Source: Tricharina praecox (lineage: Eukaryota). Taken from it: a stretch of DNA of 64,000 nucleotides. A program made the position numbers and the translations under genes. This document shows positions 13,695 through 26,224 of this stretch, piece by piece; the first letter of the stretch is position 1, and each line of letters starts with the position of its first letter. The stretch covers positions 620,001 to 684,000 of the forward strand of contig NW_026250414.1 of the NCBI RefSeq assembly GCF_024521635.1, written 5' to 3'. The notes beneath the pieces are model-generated. The model ran no database searches. It was not told where the DNA came from and was given only the letters and a program-made list of their open reading frames with translations.

Positions 13695-15599
13695 GTCGCC
13701 GCCGCTGTAATCTGCCACTCTCCGCGCCGCCATCATACTCTACAATTGGAAATTTCCCCTCCGCCGCCACCTCGAATAGAAGCGTTCTGTCCGGCGTGAC
13801 CGCTGCAATTTGCTGGAAAATGTTGCCGCTCATGAGTCGTGACTCGTTGCATGGAATACTGTTGGAATATTTCGTTGGGAAGGCAGAGATAGTTGATACG
13901 ATAACACAACAATATCACCGGCGATAAGTTCGTCCCTTTATACAGACTGAGGTGCCGCAAAAGATTCCTCTCGACCGCCCGCCGCGCACTCATATCTACG
14001 TCAACACTCGGTCTCAACCACCCACAGCAACGCTCTCACCCGAACAACCCGGCCGAGGAATGGAGGGGAAAGTTCAACTGACAGTGGTTGGGCCGGGAGA
14101 GAATTCGCAATGCAATCCGCGGCCCATGACTCGTCCCACCCGGGTACTGCTCGCGATACTTGTCCCACCACAACATGGACTATATTTGTGATACATACCC
14201 GACGCATTCGACCGCGTCTGCTCCTATGCCCTGCCGAATCGCCATATATCACTCGGAGGAATGTTCTCAAAAAATCTCTTCAGATTATTAGCAGCTAACG
14301 CCCGTCGGAGGTCGTTCTCGCACCTGGCAATGTTCGGACCCACACTAGGACAATCGGTAAATTTCAAAGGAGTATGGATGATGGCTACCGAACACTTTAT
14401 GCCCGGCCGTGGGCTCTCCGGAGGATTCTCCAGCCGCAGAGGTTGAAGTTAAACATGATGGCGACGATGATAGGAAGCAGGGTGTTTCTACTGTCACCTT
14501 AATATACCCACGTGCAAGGTGAGACGAGACTATGAAAAGGCGGTACTTCGTGGCTCGCTAGGCTTCGCGTAGAAATAAGTGACAGTGATTCGGTTGGGGT
14601 CCGAGACTCATGAATCGTCACTGAGGATAAGATTTGATGCATACCGGATTCTTCTCTGAAACTTCTGACGATTGGATGGAGAGAAAGAATGTGAAATTTT
14701 CTTTTGTTGGGTATGGTGAACAGTTCATCTACTGTAATCAGTGATACCAGAGCAAGTGTGAGTCCAGGTTAAGAAACTATATATATTGAGCGTCCGACTC
14801 GCCAACCGATGTCTTCTCCAGTAATGGAGTCCACTATCCTGATGAGGGCGGGAAGGCTGTACAGGCTACAGATTCCCCAACACCTTTGTTCCAATGATGA
14901 GGCCAGCTCGGCACCGGCAGGATTATGCTTGCCCACAGAGAGGGCTTTCGCACTGCGGGCGACTCGCAGATTGGTGGACGTGTGGCGGAGCCTGATGCCA
15001 CGTCGAGGCTGCACAGCCTATGCTAGTAGCTTCAGGTTGGCTCGAGCTTCTCACCTGCAATTAACCGGGATGTGAAGTCTACAATAACCCACCTGGCCCC
15101 GTCACCCCAACTTCCAGGTGCCGAGTATGCGTCGCCGCTCAGCCTTCGTCCTCACCGAAAACCCTTATCCTTTCTTTACGCTGACATGAATTGATGCCTT
15201 CGATTTCACCCGCCTGCCGAATACAGTTGGTTGACTGCCGTCTCTCGGCTCCGGGAAACCAGACGGGAACCCACAGTTCACAGCCTCGGTTGGGCTGGGG
15301 CATCTAGGAATACCCCGCTGATTGGACGAGTCGTTTACCGCACGATGTAATCCGATGGCCGACCACCGGTGGTCGTTGCGATATTTGTTTTAAAGATTCC
15401 ACGATGGGGGTTCCCACCTCCCGATTGGGACGCTTGATTTGCTGTACAGAAGTACATAATTATGTTGTGTACCGGCCACCGGGTCCAGCGCAGCAAATCT
15501 ACCACACGTTGATTATTACCTTGGGATAGGAGCCCAAGTCGCAGCAGATACCAATATTCTTTCTGCCACTCGAATCTGGGCACTTGCTGGAAATCGAAG

Positions 15600-16699
15600 G
15601 CGCAGGGCAATGCCTTTCCGTGTCCTTTTCCGAATGGCTGATCGTTCCAAGACTTTCGATACCAGCGCATTGAACAGATCTTTGCGGGGCAAAGCAGGCT
15701 GGCACTCGACAGTTCTAAGCGATTCCGGCGATGCTTCGGTTCAGCTTGATATTTACATTCGGCAAAACGATCAATCGCCCTCATGATGTCCGCCTTGCTC
15801 TCGCTTGCCGAGCCCATTAACTCATCTTTGCAATCATACATAGTGGCTTAACAGTGATTGGGGATAACTCTAATCGCTGGCCGCGCTCCATCATCCCAAG
15901 CCGGTGTCGACCTGAGAGTCTTATGTACAGATAGACAGTTGCATTCCAGAGGAATCTGCGGACTGGGTTTCCAGAGTACTCATAGGCACACGTACATCAC
16001 TATTGCTTTGAAGGAATATGCGGAACAGCTTCATCGACCGTCGGTGACACCCATTCGCAGGATTCCCTCCCTTGACGGTTAAGAACATGAGTTTGCAATA
16101 TGGCGATCGGAGCCCCCTACGTCAACTTACAGTAAATACGACTACTGATACACTGCACTTGATTGTCGACCAAGCATGCTGTCGCGAAGGATGTACTCGA
16201 TTGGTTTTCTTCGGCAGAGCTAGAAGCACAAATCTAACTGATATGTATATCGCCGTACTATGGACAGCAGCAAACGGTGGTGCTGTTTGTCTACCTACTA
16301 CAATGCCGTAAGCGCGTCTGTCGTGCATCTACGGCAAATCTATCCTGCCCTGGTCCTTAGAGTATTGGGGCTAGCTGACCCCACACTTGGTCTTTTTCGA
16401 GGCTCTACATACAGAGAAGCTGTCCAGTGGCTCCAACCTACTCCGCATATGTGTTATCGTACACCACCTCGAAGTTGCGTGGGATTGTGCATTTTGATTC
16501 TCTCTACCAGTGGTGTCTTCTGTTTCCTTCCGATATCGACCATCCTGCTAACTAGATACTTAGTCAAGAGAGTCTCGTTGGAGACATATTCGTTCGATAG
16601 GTGCGGTGTACCGTATTCCGCCGCACCCGGCGATGTTTCGTGTGGATAATCCAGAACGCTCTCGAATCTTGACGTAGAAGCCAAAGCCAGCGTCGGCAT
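15600..16699 (-). pseudogene. possible degenerate fourth CorA-like family gene
   Basis: Collinear remnants across frameshifts and stops: FESVLDYPH (cf. FADSEHYPL in C3), DLCF*L (cf. ELCYNF), KTNRVHPSRQHAWST..AVYQ (cf. WTTRKIGVY), LFRIFLQS, YDCKDEL. No TM end was found. Confidence 0.35.
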
Positions 16700-17585
16700 C
16701 CTGACATGCGATCATGACCTAATAATCCCCCCAGCGGTGAGGAATTGGGTCCACATCTCTTTCATTTTGCCGTCAGTATCCAAGCCAATTGATTACTGGT
16801 TCAACATGGATTACCAGATTCATTCGTCGCGCTGTGGTTTTGGGTGGAACGATGCGAAGGGACGTGGCCATCTGCTGACTGGCTTTTAATATCTCGGAAT
16901 GTGTGGGGTGAAAAGTTGCTTGCGGAAATGCTGCAGCCGGAATCCCCCCATCCGCTGCGGTGCAATGACACCGGGATCCTTCGTTGACGCCCCACCGAAA
17001 GTACCTATCCCTCCGATTTTGGTCTGCCAAACCGGCAACGGCAACCATGGTCATGGCCAGGCAGAAACTCGACTTCTTGCCGTTTTCCGGTGAAATTTCA
17101 AAGGCGGAGCGTCGTTCACCATCGGCAAAATATACTCTATACTAGCCCTCAGATCCCATCCGTACACATTCCTGTGAAGTTTTTAAAACTTCGCAATATG
17201 TGCTAGCTCAATAGAGTGGGGCAGAGCAGCGACGTGTCCTGCAGGCAAGGATTTATAGCACCAATGCGGGTACGTGAGGAAGTATGGTCTAACTATGAAA
17301 CTATGTATCCGCAGCTTCGCGGCTCCACAGCTCTGCAGCCAGTCGGACAAAGACCAAAAAACCATCACAAGGACGCTAGCTCGCAAATCCAAAGCAAAAC
17401 CCACCGCGGTGGCGATCTTCGGTCGGCTGATTAGGTTGCTCTAACCGACTCGTGTCCAAGTGAACTATCCTCAAAAATCCCTATGGAGGGTTCAAACTAT
17501 TTTAAATACAGAGCCTTGCGCCGATGATTTTTTTTTTCGGAAATTAGATTCTATTCAACAACAAAAACCACTACCATACTTCACA

Positions 17586-18123
17586 ATGTTTCCATTCCAA
17601 CGCCTTGTCCGCCGTTTCACTTTTATGGGACCTCCCGAACCCGTGGAGGCACCAATTGTACACGTCCGCCAACAACTACTAGGAAGATACATCAAGTCGG
17701 AAATACTGGAGAATTTCTTGAAGGAAATATTCGAAGAACTAAGTGATGACTTCGAAATGGAGGTGTGTAACTATTCCAAGACTCTCCCCCCGTTGGCAAA
17801 CATGTTCTTACAAAGCTTTCGCAAACAGGAGGTGGACTCTGAGTACTGGGCTGTCAGGGTGCCGAGACTTCTCACCGAGGTAAATAACCCAATTAGAGGA
17901 TCCCCATGGGGTATTCCGGTGTGCTGGATTAAAATCGGACACTAACAATCTTCTGCCTCAGGACGAGATTAAGGAAATCCAACGGCGAAGCACGACACGC
18001 CGACGGAGAAGTAAGAGCCCAACCTATCACGGCCTACTATCTCAAGGAACATTCTCTTCTTGCAGCGAGAGCGTCAAAACCTCCTCGAGGCCGTCATCGA
18101 TAATCAGCAACTGTTCGACGTGA
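17586..18123 (+). CDS. small uncharacterised protein S1 (~129 aa; RYI...VPRLLT-EI family)
   Basis: Exons 17586-17762, 17829-17879, 17962-18123 give ..RQQLLGRYIKSEILENFLKEIF..FEME|EVDSEYWAVRVPRLLTE|DEIKEIQ.. Canonical splice sites; homologous to S2 and S3. Confidence 0.85.
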
Positions 18124-21100
18124 TGCAAAGATATACTCGACATCGGGAAATACTGCGACAGAACGACTGGCGATTCGATTACACGGAGGACGGGTGGGAA
18201 AGTATGTGGCTACATACATGCTCCGTCGCTGGCGGGAGGTTATCGGTATAATACTGCGTCTACCACGACGACGGGAGAATGGACGTCTAAGATCATGGGA
18301 TTGTGGCTGGTGGGATTCAGGGTTGGGGATTTGGTGTCTGAAAGTCGGGATCGGAAACTGGAACCTGGGGCAGTGGCCAACCAGCGTTGGCGCCTGATCG
18401 GGGAGGACTGGGGCTATGAGTTGGGATATGGGAGACCAAGGGGCCGGGGATTTGGGAGGACAAGAAGAGAGGCTGGGGATAGGACTCAGCAAGCACTGTT
18501 GTGTGGAAGATGAACGTGGAACGTGGGGATCTGGGATGTTTGGTTTGCCTTTTACTTGGTGTGTGTAAATTATGTAAATATGGTGCATAGAAGCGCTCGA
18601 GCACCGATCTTTTCATATAGTTCTACCTTTGTAAAAATACAATACCTAATAGTCTATTACTGGAGTCTCTCGGAATCATTAGTTCATGGCCATTTACTAC
18701 CACTACTGTATTTCTCGGAGAGGGGAGGGAAAGTTCGCGCGAAATGAACAATGTCTACTCTAAGGAAAAGTCTCGACCGGGTGCCCCTCCTCCTTGTCCT
18801 ACCCTTCATCCACCTCCACCACCAAATGCTAAGATCTATTTGCATAGATACAGAACATCAAGGGAAACAGAAAAGAGGATTCCACAGTAGAAGTACCTAG
18901 GAAAAACTAAATCCCAGCGTCCCCGGCGGTGGCCAGTATGTACTTTGTAGCGATGTTCGATCCAATCCCAACGCATCGACAACAGCCCGTGGCACCCGAG
19001 ACGGCACGGCCAACATACGCCCTAGGGCTCAGGAGTCGAACGACTTTTCTGGAGTTTCCTGCTTCGGAGGTAAACAGCTTCCGGCATCCCTGCCCTCGTC
19101 TTCTCCGGGACCTTTGGCCCATAGCGTATGAATTTCGGACATGGGTTCGGAAAATCCGCTCGCCGGAGCAGTCACTTGCGCAGGGCAGGGTGCAGACATG
19201 TCCGATCCGAGACGCAGGGACGGAGTCGAGCATCCTCGGGGACTGGACTGGGAGCAGCCGGCGACGTATGTACATGTGGATCTGAGTCGCGGTACTACTT
19301 ACCTATACTACCGTACCGGTAGTAGACGTACCGCGCAACGTTGGCACAAGCGGTCTTTGTGGAGAAGTGCGCCTCGTCTCGCCTCGCTGCTGCCGCTGCT
19401 TGCTCTAGAGCCTTATCCCACGGGCCCATGCCGTCGACTTCGCTTCGCCGGACGACGCCTTACGGAGCCTTACGGGCCTGCCGCTGGCAGCCTGAGGCGG
19501 CTGGTGAGGAGGGGCACATACTGTACTACCGGTATGTACCATGAAGATGCCACAGTAGATGACGGAGAGAGCCGTGATCAATGATTATCCCCTTGAGCCT
19601 CGACATCGTACTTACAACTCTCTACATTTTCCGTTGATTCGAATTTTGGTCGGTATCTCCGACAGAATCATCCGAAGCTCAAACTTCTTCCGCTAGGACT
19701 TCTTCGGTGTGTGCATCCTAATTTTAGCTCGTCCGATATTGACGTCGCCAGCTGGGCGCCACAGCCATAGCCACATCGGCCACTCACTAATCTAGTCATT
19801 CTCTTTGGTTCGTTTGTGCAAAATTCGTATCCAGCTGAGGTGTAGTTTTGTGGCTGGCGATTTTGGTGTCGGCCACGGCACTGTATCACACGAAAGAGCT
19901 GCCCCTCAAACACACGTTTCCCCATGGGCCATAACTCACGCCACGAGCTTGCCCGGGCAGTCGCTCCAATACCGTTGGTGTTCCGTAGAATTGTCCATAA
20001 ACAATTAGATCACAGTTATTCGCTTCTTCAATGATTACATGTATGTATGGAGACCGATCTACGAGTATTTACCATATGTAGGCTATGACAACATTAGTTT
20101 TCAGGTGTGCACCCGGCGGTAGGTAGGGCCCACGGCCAGCGAACTCTGCCTCTGACTACGACCATCTGGGCCGAATCGAGTGAGCTCTCAGGGGGGGGGG
20201 ATGAGAACTCACGCGTGTGTGTGTGTGAGAGAGAGGGACGTGGTACCAATGCAATGGCCAGCCACTAAACCGTCACCCGATGGATCCGATGGATATGCAA
20301 ACCGGGCGCACACATTTCATTGCGCGAAATACCGGCCATTCCACGAGTTGCCACGAACCCTCCCCCTTTTTCTCACCGTTTCGGACCACGCCGACAGTCC
20401 ATCTTTTTTCCCCCGACTATGTGGAATGGAGTCGCGAAGAATCGATTTCGCACCACGTACGTATGTAGCATCCCCTTCCAAAAAAAAGGAGAGAAAAAAA
20501 GAACAGCGGTGGACCGTGCCTACGCGTTTGCCTGTCCCACGCGCGTTTATCTTCAAATGCCGTGTCCCGATCAGAAGTAACTACGTTACCGTACGCGTCG
20601 ACGTACTGGTTTCAGGATCGATGGCGCGATGGATTGCTGGTCCCATGGTGTATGTAGGGGTGGGTATCGGCTCCGTGGGCGGGCGGGCTTGGAGCAAACG
20701 CGCGGGGGCAGTGCTGGTCTGACATCGACGTCGGTGGGGGCGGGGGGCGGGGGGAAGTTGGAACCTACCTAGTAGATGACAGAAGTTCGTCGTGGTCGTT
20801 AGCACCTTTGGATGGTACTCACTCCCAAGGCACACCGCGACGTCGACCTGAATCTACAGGACGTTGATAGGGAGGAAATTCGGATGCCCCGGTGAGCACC
20901 AGCTGAGCCGCCCAATGTCAACCGGTAATGGGAGTAAACCCGTTGGTCTGGTCCAGCACGCTTCACGGCAGGCTAACTGGCTAGCCAAGTGCAACTGTTA
21001 GTTACCCAAGAACCCTGATCATCAAAACCACCAAGATGCGCAGCCCCAAGCAAGAATTCGCTTAACTAGAAGGCCGTGCGCAGGTAGTCTGCCCGTCGGT

Positions 21101-21449
21101 AACTTTATATCAACCTCGGTGCCATGTAACGCAGCAGACGCGGACGCTCTCCGTCAATCCACCCACATCGCGTTGTGGAAATGGGAACCTCACGTAGAAT
21201 TCAGGCTGCATGACTTGAATACGGGTGGCTAGTAGGGTAAAGGTCCATTTACGTCAATTAAGGGGATTTCATAGGCTCCAAGTTGGCCATTTGAATCAGT
21301 ATGTAGTTGGTACCGTTAGTGGCCGGGTCCGGTAAGATGAAGTCGGCCTGCTTGACACTCCGGAGCGCGAACCAGCCACTGCAACCTAGTCAGCCACTTT
21401 TCACTTTCGCTCACGAAAAAACCCGAGTAGTTAGGCTTTCATAAATACT

Positions 21450-21760
21450 ATGGAGGTTCTTGCATTGATGGAGCAAAAGAATCTCAACCTTTTATTGCCG
21501 AAGGCTGAGTATGCACACAATCACGATCCAACGAGTAGGGAAGTGAGGAACTATCCTGGTGATCTTAGGGAAGAATATACGATGAGGCGAGGGGGGTCTT
21601 TAGGGCGCTGTTGCCTCCACAAAATGGGAGATCGACCAGGCTGAAATCATGGGAGATCACTCAGGATCGGCGCCGGCACGGGGTCCGGCACTACTTGCGC
21701 GGGTTCAACTGCCTGGCCGAATACAAACGAACATGGCTAAGCACAGCATACGAAGTAAAG
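21450..21760 (+). mobile_element. degenerate Ty3/gypsy retrotransposon fragment (integrase C-terminal and chromodomain-like remnants)
   Basis: EQKNLNLLLPKAEYAHN resembles the integrase W-x-x-LLP-x-AEFAYN motif. Downstream EITQDRRRHGVRHYL..TW resembles a chromodomain. Short and frameshifted. Confidence 0.4.
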
Positions 21761-22958
21761 CACACCGGGTCTGATATCCCCTCTGAAAATGCCCCATAAA
21801 AATACCCCAAGGTCAGTTACCTACATGACCAAGAGCACAGCTTTGGAAAGAGGATGTCCAAATGGACTTCCCTTTAATTGTGATATCCAAGCCATGCCGG
21901 ATTGTTCAGTGTAAGTAGAGGTCCAGATAAGCGTCTCGAGACCCCGGGTTGCAGAGGGTGAAGCTGGAGCTTTGAGAGCGCCTGTTGATCGTCTGTTTCG
22001 ACTAACCCCGCATGTCGGCCATCGTTTCGGCTGATGATAAGCGAGAGAAGTCTCAGCTTGTGTAATTACTATCAACAACGGAAACAAAAGCGGAAGGTAG
22101 CAGTTGGAGTAGGATCTCAGGGTGTGAGGCGTAATCGAGGCTGATGGCTGGAACCTATCGGCAGACTCTATCCGCACATAGCTGGAATTTTCAAGGCGGA
22201 GCTCTAGGCACGCATCGAGGATATTAGACTGAGCTAGTAAAAACTGATAATAACAGCCCCGCCCACACACTTCTGTGAACAATCCTCGACAACTGTGCAC
22301 ATCCGACGGCCTCAGGACACCCGCGACACGCCGTCCTCTCACTAGCCCTCTGCCTCCTCCAGATTTACGCTACTGATATCGCACCTGATGAGTCATCCCT
22401 ATGCACCCAGTGTTCTACCCCGGAGTCTCTTCCAATAGGGAGCTTCGTACTGGCTCACCGCGGTGCGCGCCAGCCCTGAATACGCGTGTACCCTGCAGCC
22501 CGTCGCTACCGCTACCCGACAATAAGAACGCGCCTTGGGCATATTTTAAGTATAACTGTCTAGCCAGCCGTACGTCGATCCCGATGACGGCACGGCGAAA
22601 TCTGTGTGGCTATGTACTTGCTTGGCCACTAAACCGAGCTCCTGAGCTCGTAATTCTGCCAGACCATACCAACCTCAACACTGAGACCAGCCAGGAGCTA
22701 CGATCCGCAATACACCCATACAGCTCTTCATCGACGCGAAACAAATTGAACCACTGACGAAACACCCCTCGAGCCTTCGAGACACCGACCGAGTCCTTTC
22801 AAAGCGAACGCCCTCGAGCCTCGTACCAGACTCTCGAACGGCCATCATCGACACATAAAACGGTCCTCCGCCCGCCTCCTTACGCATTCCGGCGCTCTCA
22901 CATTCGCAACATCAAAACGAGACACCCAGCGGCACTGCAGCGAGACGCTTTCCAAGCC

Positions 22959-25083
22959 ATGTGCCAAAGCACGAGGGAGGCACTGCGGCGCTGTATGACG
23001 CCTCTGAGTAGATGCGATACGCAGAGGCCGGACGAGTCGTTTCCGCGCCAAAGGGTGCAAGATCTCTTCGAAGCCGACGACGGCCAGCGGCTTCGAGAGT
23101 TGGCCGGCTGCAAGTGCGGTGTCTTCCGAGGATGCGCTTCGCGTCAGAGTCCGGCCTTTGACGAAAACATCATACGTGGTGTGCGCGGAATCGGATATGA
23201 GGAAGGGGAAACGTATCTTGTCGTTCTTGCGTTCCTTTGCTTCGTCGAGCGCATGGACCTCATCCACAGGTTCGTCGAGAAGAGCTACTCAGATCAGTGG
23301 CTTCACGAACATCCGCTCGAACGCCAGCAACTCGATGAACTGTTCTCGTCTCCGGAATCGGATGGTCAGACGTACTCAGCTCACATTGAGTTCGACTTCT
23401 TTCGGTTTTTCCTGCCGACCATCCACGGCCCGGAAAGGCAGCAGAAGTTTCTTTCCATGCAGACGTTGCCGCTCAAGATTATGGAAAGGAAAGGAGGAGG
23501 AGGGTATGGCGTCGTTTACCAGGCCAAGATGCTGGATGGCGGCTATTGCAAGTTCGTTGATGTGAAGGTTAGTCACCCATATTCCCTTCGACTGTCGAAT
23601 GCAAGCGACTAACAGTGGCAGGATGGACTTTTTGCGTTAAAGCGGTACACGAATCCGGTCGTGAGCGATGCCGAAGCCGATTGGGAGAAAGAATGGCGCA
23701 ATAACGTAGTGTACAACAAGCACCCGCACATCAACCCGATCCTTGCGTCGATTGCCCACGGAGACGTGTACATGAACTTCTACTCCCTCTGCGAAGGCGA
23801 TCTCCAGAGGTTGTTCGCAAAGGATCCCAGCCCGGAAGACCACGGAGCAAAGTCGATTTGGCGTCAATATATGGGGTTATTGTCGGCGCTCAACTACATC
23901 CACTGCAGCCAGCCCACCCAGTTTGGCTATCACTTCGATATCAAGACATTGAATATCTTGGTCCTGTTGGGGAGGTGGATGATCGCAGACTTGGGTCTGT
24001 TACACCGCAAGAATAACGAGAGCGGAATGCTATCTGCAACGCCGAGGAGGCCCGGATGCCAGGAATTCGGGGGCCCAGAGACGAAGGTGACGCGGAAGTT
24101 CGATGTCTGGGGGATCGGCTGCGTGGGTTGTATCGCGCTTGTATGGCTGAGAAAGGGGGCCCGCGGCGTCGAGAATTTCAGAGAAGACCGGAGGCAGGAG
24201 GTTGTGCAGATGGGGATGACCAGTATCCTCTACAACTTTTACTGCGAGACACCTAGCGGCCCCCAGCTCCACAAAGAGGTCGACAAGCTTCTGTTGGAAG
24301 CATCCGACGAGGATGATCTTTCAAAGGGCGTTGCTGGGATCTTGAGGGACATGCTGTCCATCGAGGTGGATGCTCGCCCTACCGCAAAGGAGGCCGAGGA
24401 GCGGCTCGCGAAGGTGCTGGGCGTTGAGCCGTTGGATGTTCCAAAACTGCCGCTAGGGTTCCAAAGTGTAAGTACAAGTCTCGCCGGAGCGGCTTTACCT
24501 CGGACCAACGTTTGGATACTGACATTATTTGAAACAGCAGCCGGCGTCGGCGCAGTTAGCCGTACCGGGCGGTGTTCTGGGACCCGTCAAGCCGCTTCAC
24601 TGTAAGTTCATAGCAACTTCTCCGCCGCGGCCACTACTGACGTTACCAGCACAAGCACAAAGCATCGGCGACGAAGTCATCGTCTCGGTTAAGCTTCCCA
24701 GCATGGAACATCCAGGAGCAAGTGTTGAGTTCACCTTTTCGCCAGGAACCGGCGACGAACCGTTATCCTCAGTCACCGTCAGCACCACGCCAACGTTTTC
24801 CATGGCCGAATCCGTACCCGTGCCTGGCTGCCTCACGCAGCGTTCCCAAGATCCACCCCACGAGCACGCCATGCGTATGCCCGGCGAGTGGCCCTACGAA
24901 GCCGATCACGACTACGATGCAGCTTCTGTGGAACCGTCAGGATGCTCACTTGGAACCCCGCAGTGGCCGTTTTCGAGCGTCACGATGGCTTGCAATCTCC
25001 TGTTGAGGAAGGTTCGGTTGAGACGTCAGTCGACACAACACAGCCCGAAATCTATCGCCGCGGCCAGCGGCGTGGACCCTTGA
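22959..25083 (+). CDS. Ser/Thr protein kinase K1 (non-RD) with ~180-aa Cys-containing N-terminal domain
   Basis: GGGGYGVVY, intron 23568-23621, FALK, YHFDIKTLN, IADLGL, FGGPE, KFDVWGIGC, RPTA. Intron 24468-24537 leads into a Pro/Ser-rich tail. Confidence 0.9.
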
Positions 25084-25434
25084 GGATGAGGGACAGTGAT
25101 TCCGAGGAGAGTTGAGCGTCCTGGACGTGGAGCCGACACGATGCGTGTGTTGATGGATTGGTTTTCAAACGATCGATTGATTGGTTGGTGTGTGTCTCGG
25201 TATACAAAGAAGGACCACAAGAGAGTCTGCTTCTCCGCTGCCCGTCTCCTCCCACTACGCCAAGAAAACTCTAAAAGTTCGACGCCCATCCAACCCTCCA
25301 CGACGTCTACATAAAATCCTAGGACAAAGGATTAATATTGGACGGGGCCCATTTTCAACCACCGGGTCCGATACAGCAACCCGAAAGTATCGAGAGAAAA
25401 AAAACTAAAGATCATGGAAAGACCTTCATAACTA

Positions 25435-25588
25435 CTGTATAGTGAAGGGGGAGGGGGGGGGGGGGGGTAAAAAATACGCTTTTTTCCGTATCGGTACGGT
25501 CAAAAGGCGTATTAGTACGGTCAAAGTACGTATTTAACCGTATCGATGCGGAAAAAGCGTATTTTTTACCCCCCCCTTCACTATATAG
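25435..25588. mobile_element. 154-bp MITE with TA target-site duplication (Tc1/mariner-type)
   Basis: Terminal inverted repeats CTRTATAGTGAAGGGG(G)nTAAAAAATACGCTTTTT..CCGYATCGRTACGGT at both ends, flanked by TA at 25433-34 and 25589-90. Confidence 0.85.
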
Positions 25589-26224
25589 TACCTACGCCGA
25601 TAGCGATACGAGAACGCCCGTTTCCTATCCCAACAAGTTGTGTAGATTTCATTTCGCCGCTTCAACATGCATGGGATGGGGCAGTGGGCGTTAGGCGCTC
25701 CTCGATGTCAGCGACGTCGACACAGCGCTTCGCCTCCCTCGAGAGGTGGAGGCGCCACGACGTCACTGCTCTAGGCATCCCACATAGGTGTGCGCTGTGC
25801 ATCATAGGCACGCATTGTGCTACATACTAGCGTGTGTATTGTAGAGTAACTACATCGCAGTGTGCCAATATCTTTGCAGGTGGCGTAGTGCAGGCAGTTG
25901 TTTGGCACTAGTTAGATAACTAGGGTCCATCCCTGCGCGTGCAGGAGCACTGCGCACTGCGCTCGGGATCAAAGCGACTGGGGTATCCGGAGTATCCGGG
26001 GGTCAGGGTGGGGGGGGGGGGCAAGGGATATGTATCTACGTGATATATTTCCACCTTCCGCCTTGAGCGCATCAACGACTATATCGTGGGCAAAAAATAT
26101 TTGTATAATACATACCGCTCGACGGTCTACCTTCGGGCTGTAGGCCCGCGGTAGTTAGAAGCCAGAAATACCCAGTGACTTCAAGTATTTTCCCATTATG
26201 TACTATGTATGTACTACTTCTACG

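Noticed and set aside
13244-13927. ORFs over the palindrome, including kinase-like HGILLEY
   Set aside because: No other kinase motifs; the ORFs are explained by the inverted repeat and chance.
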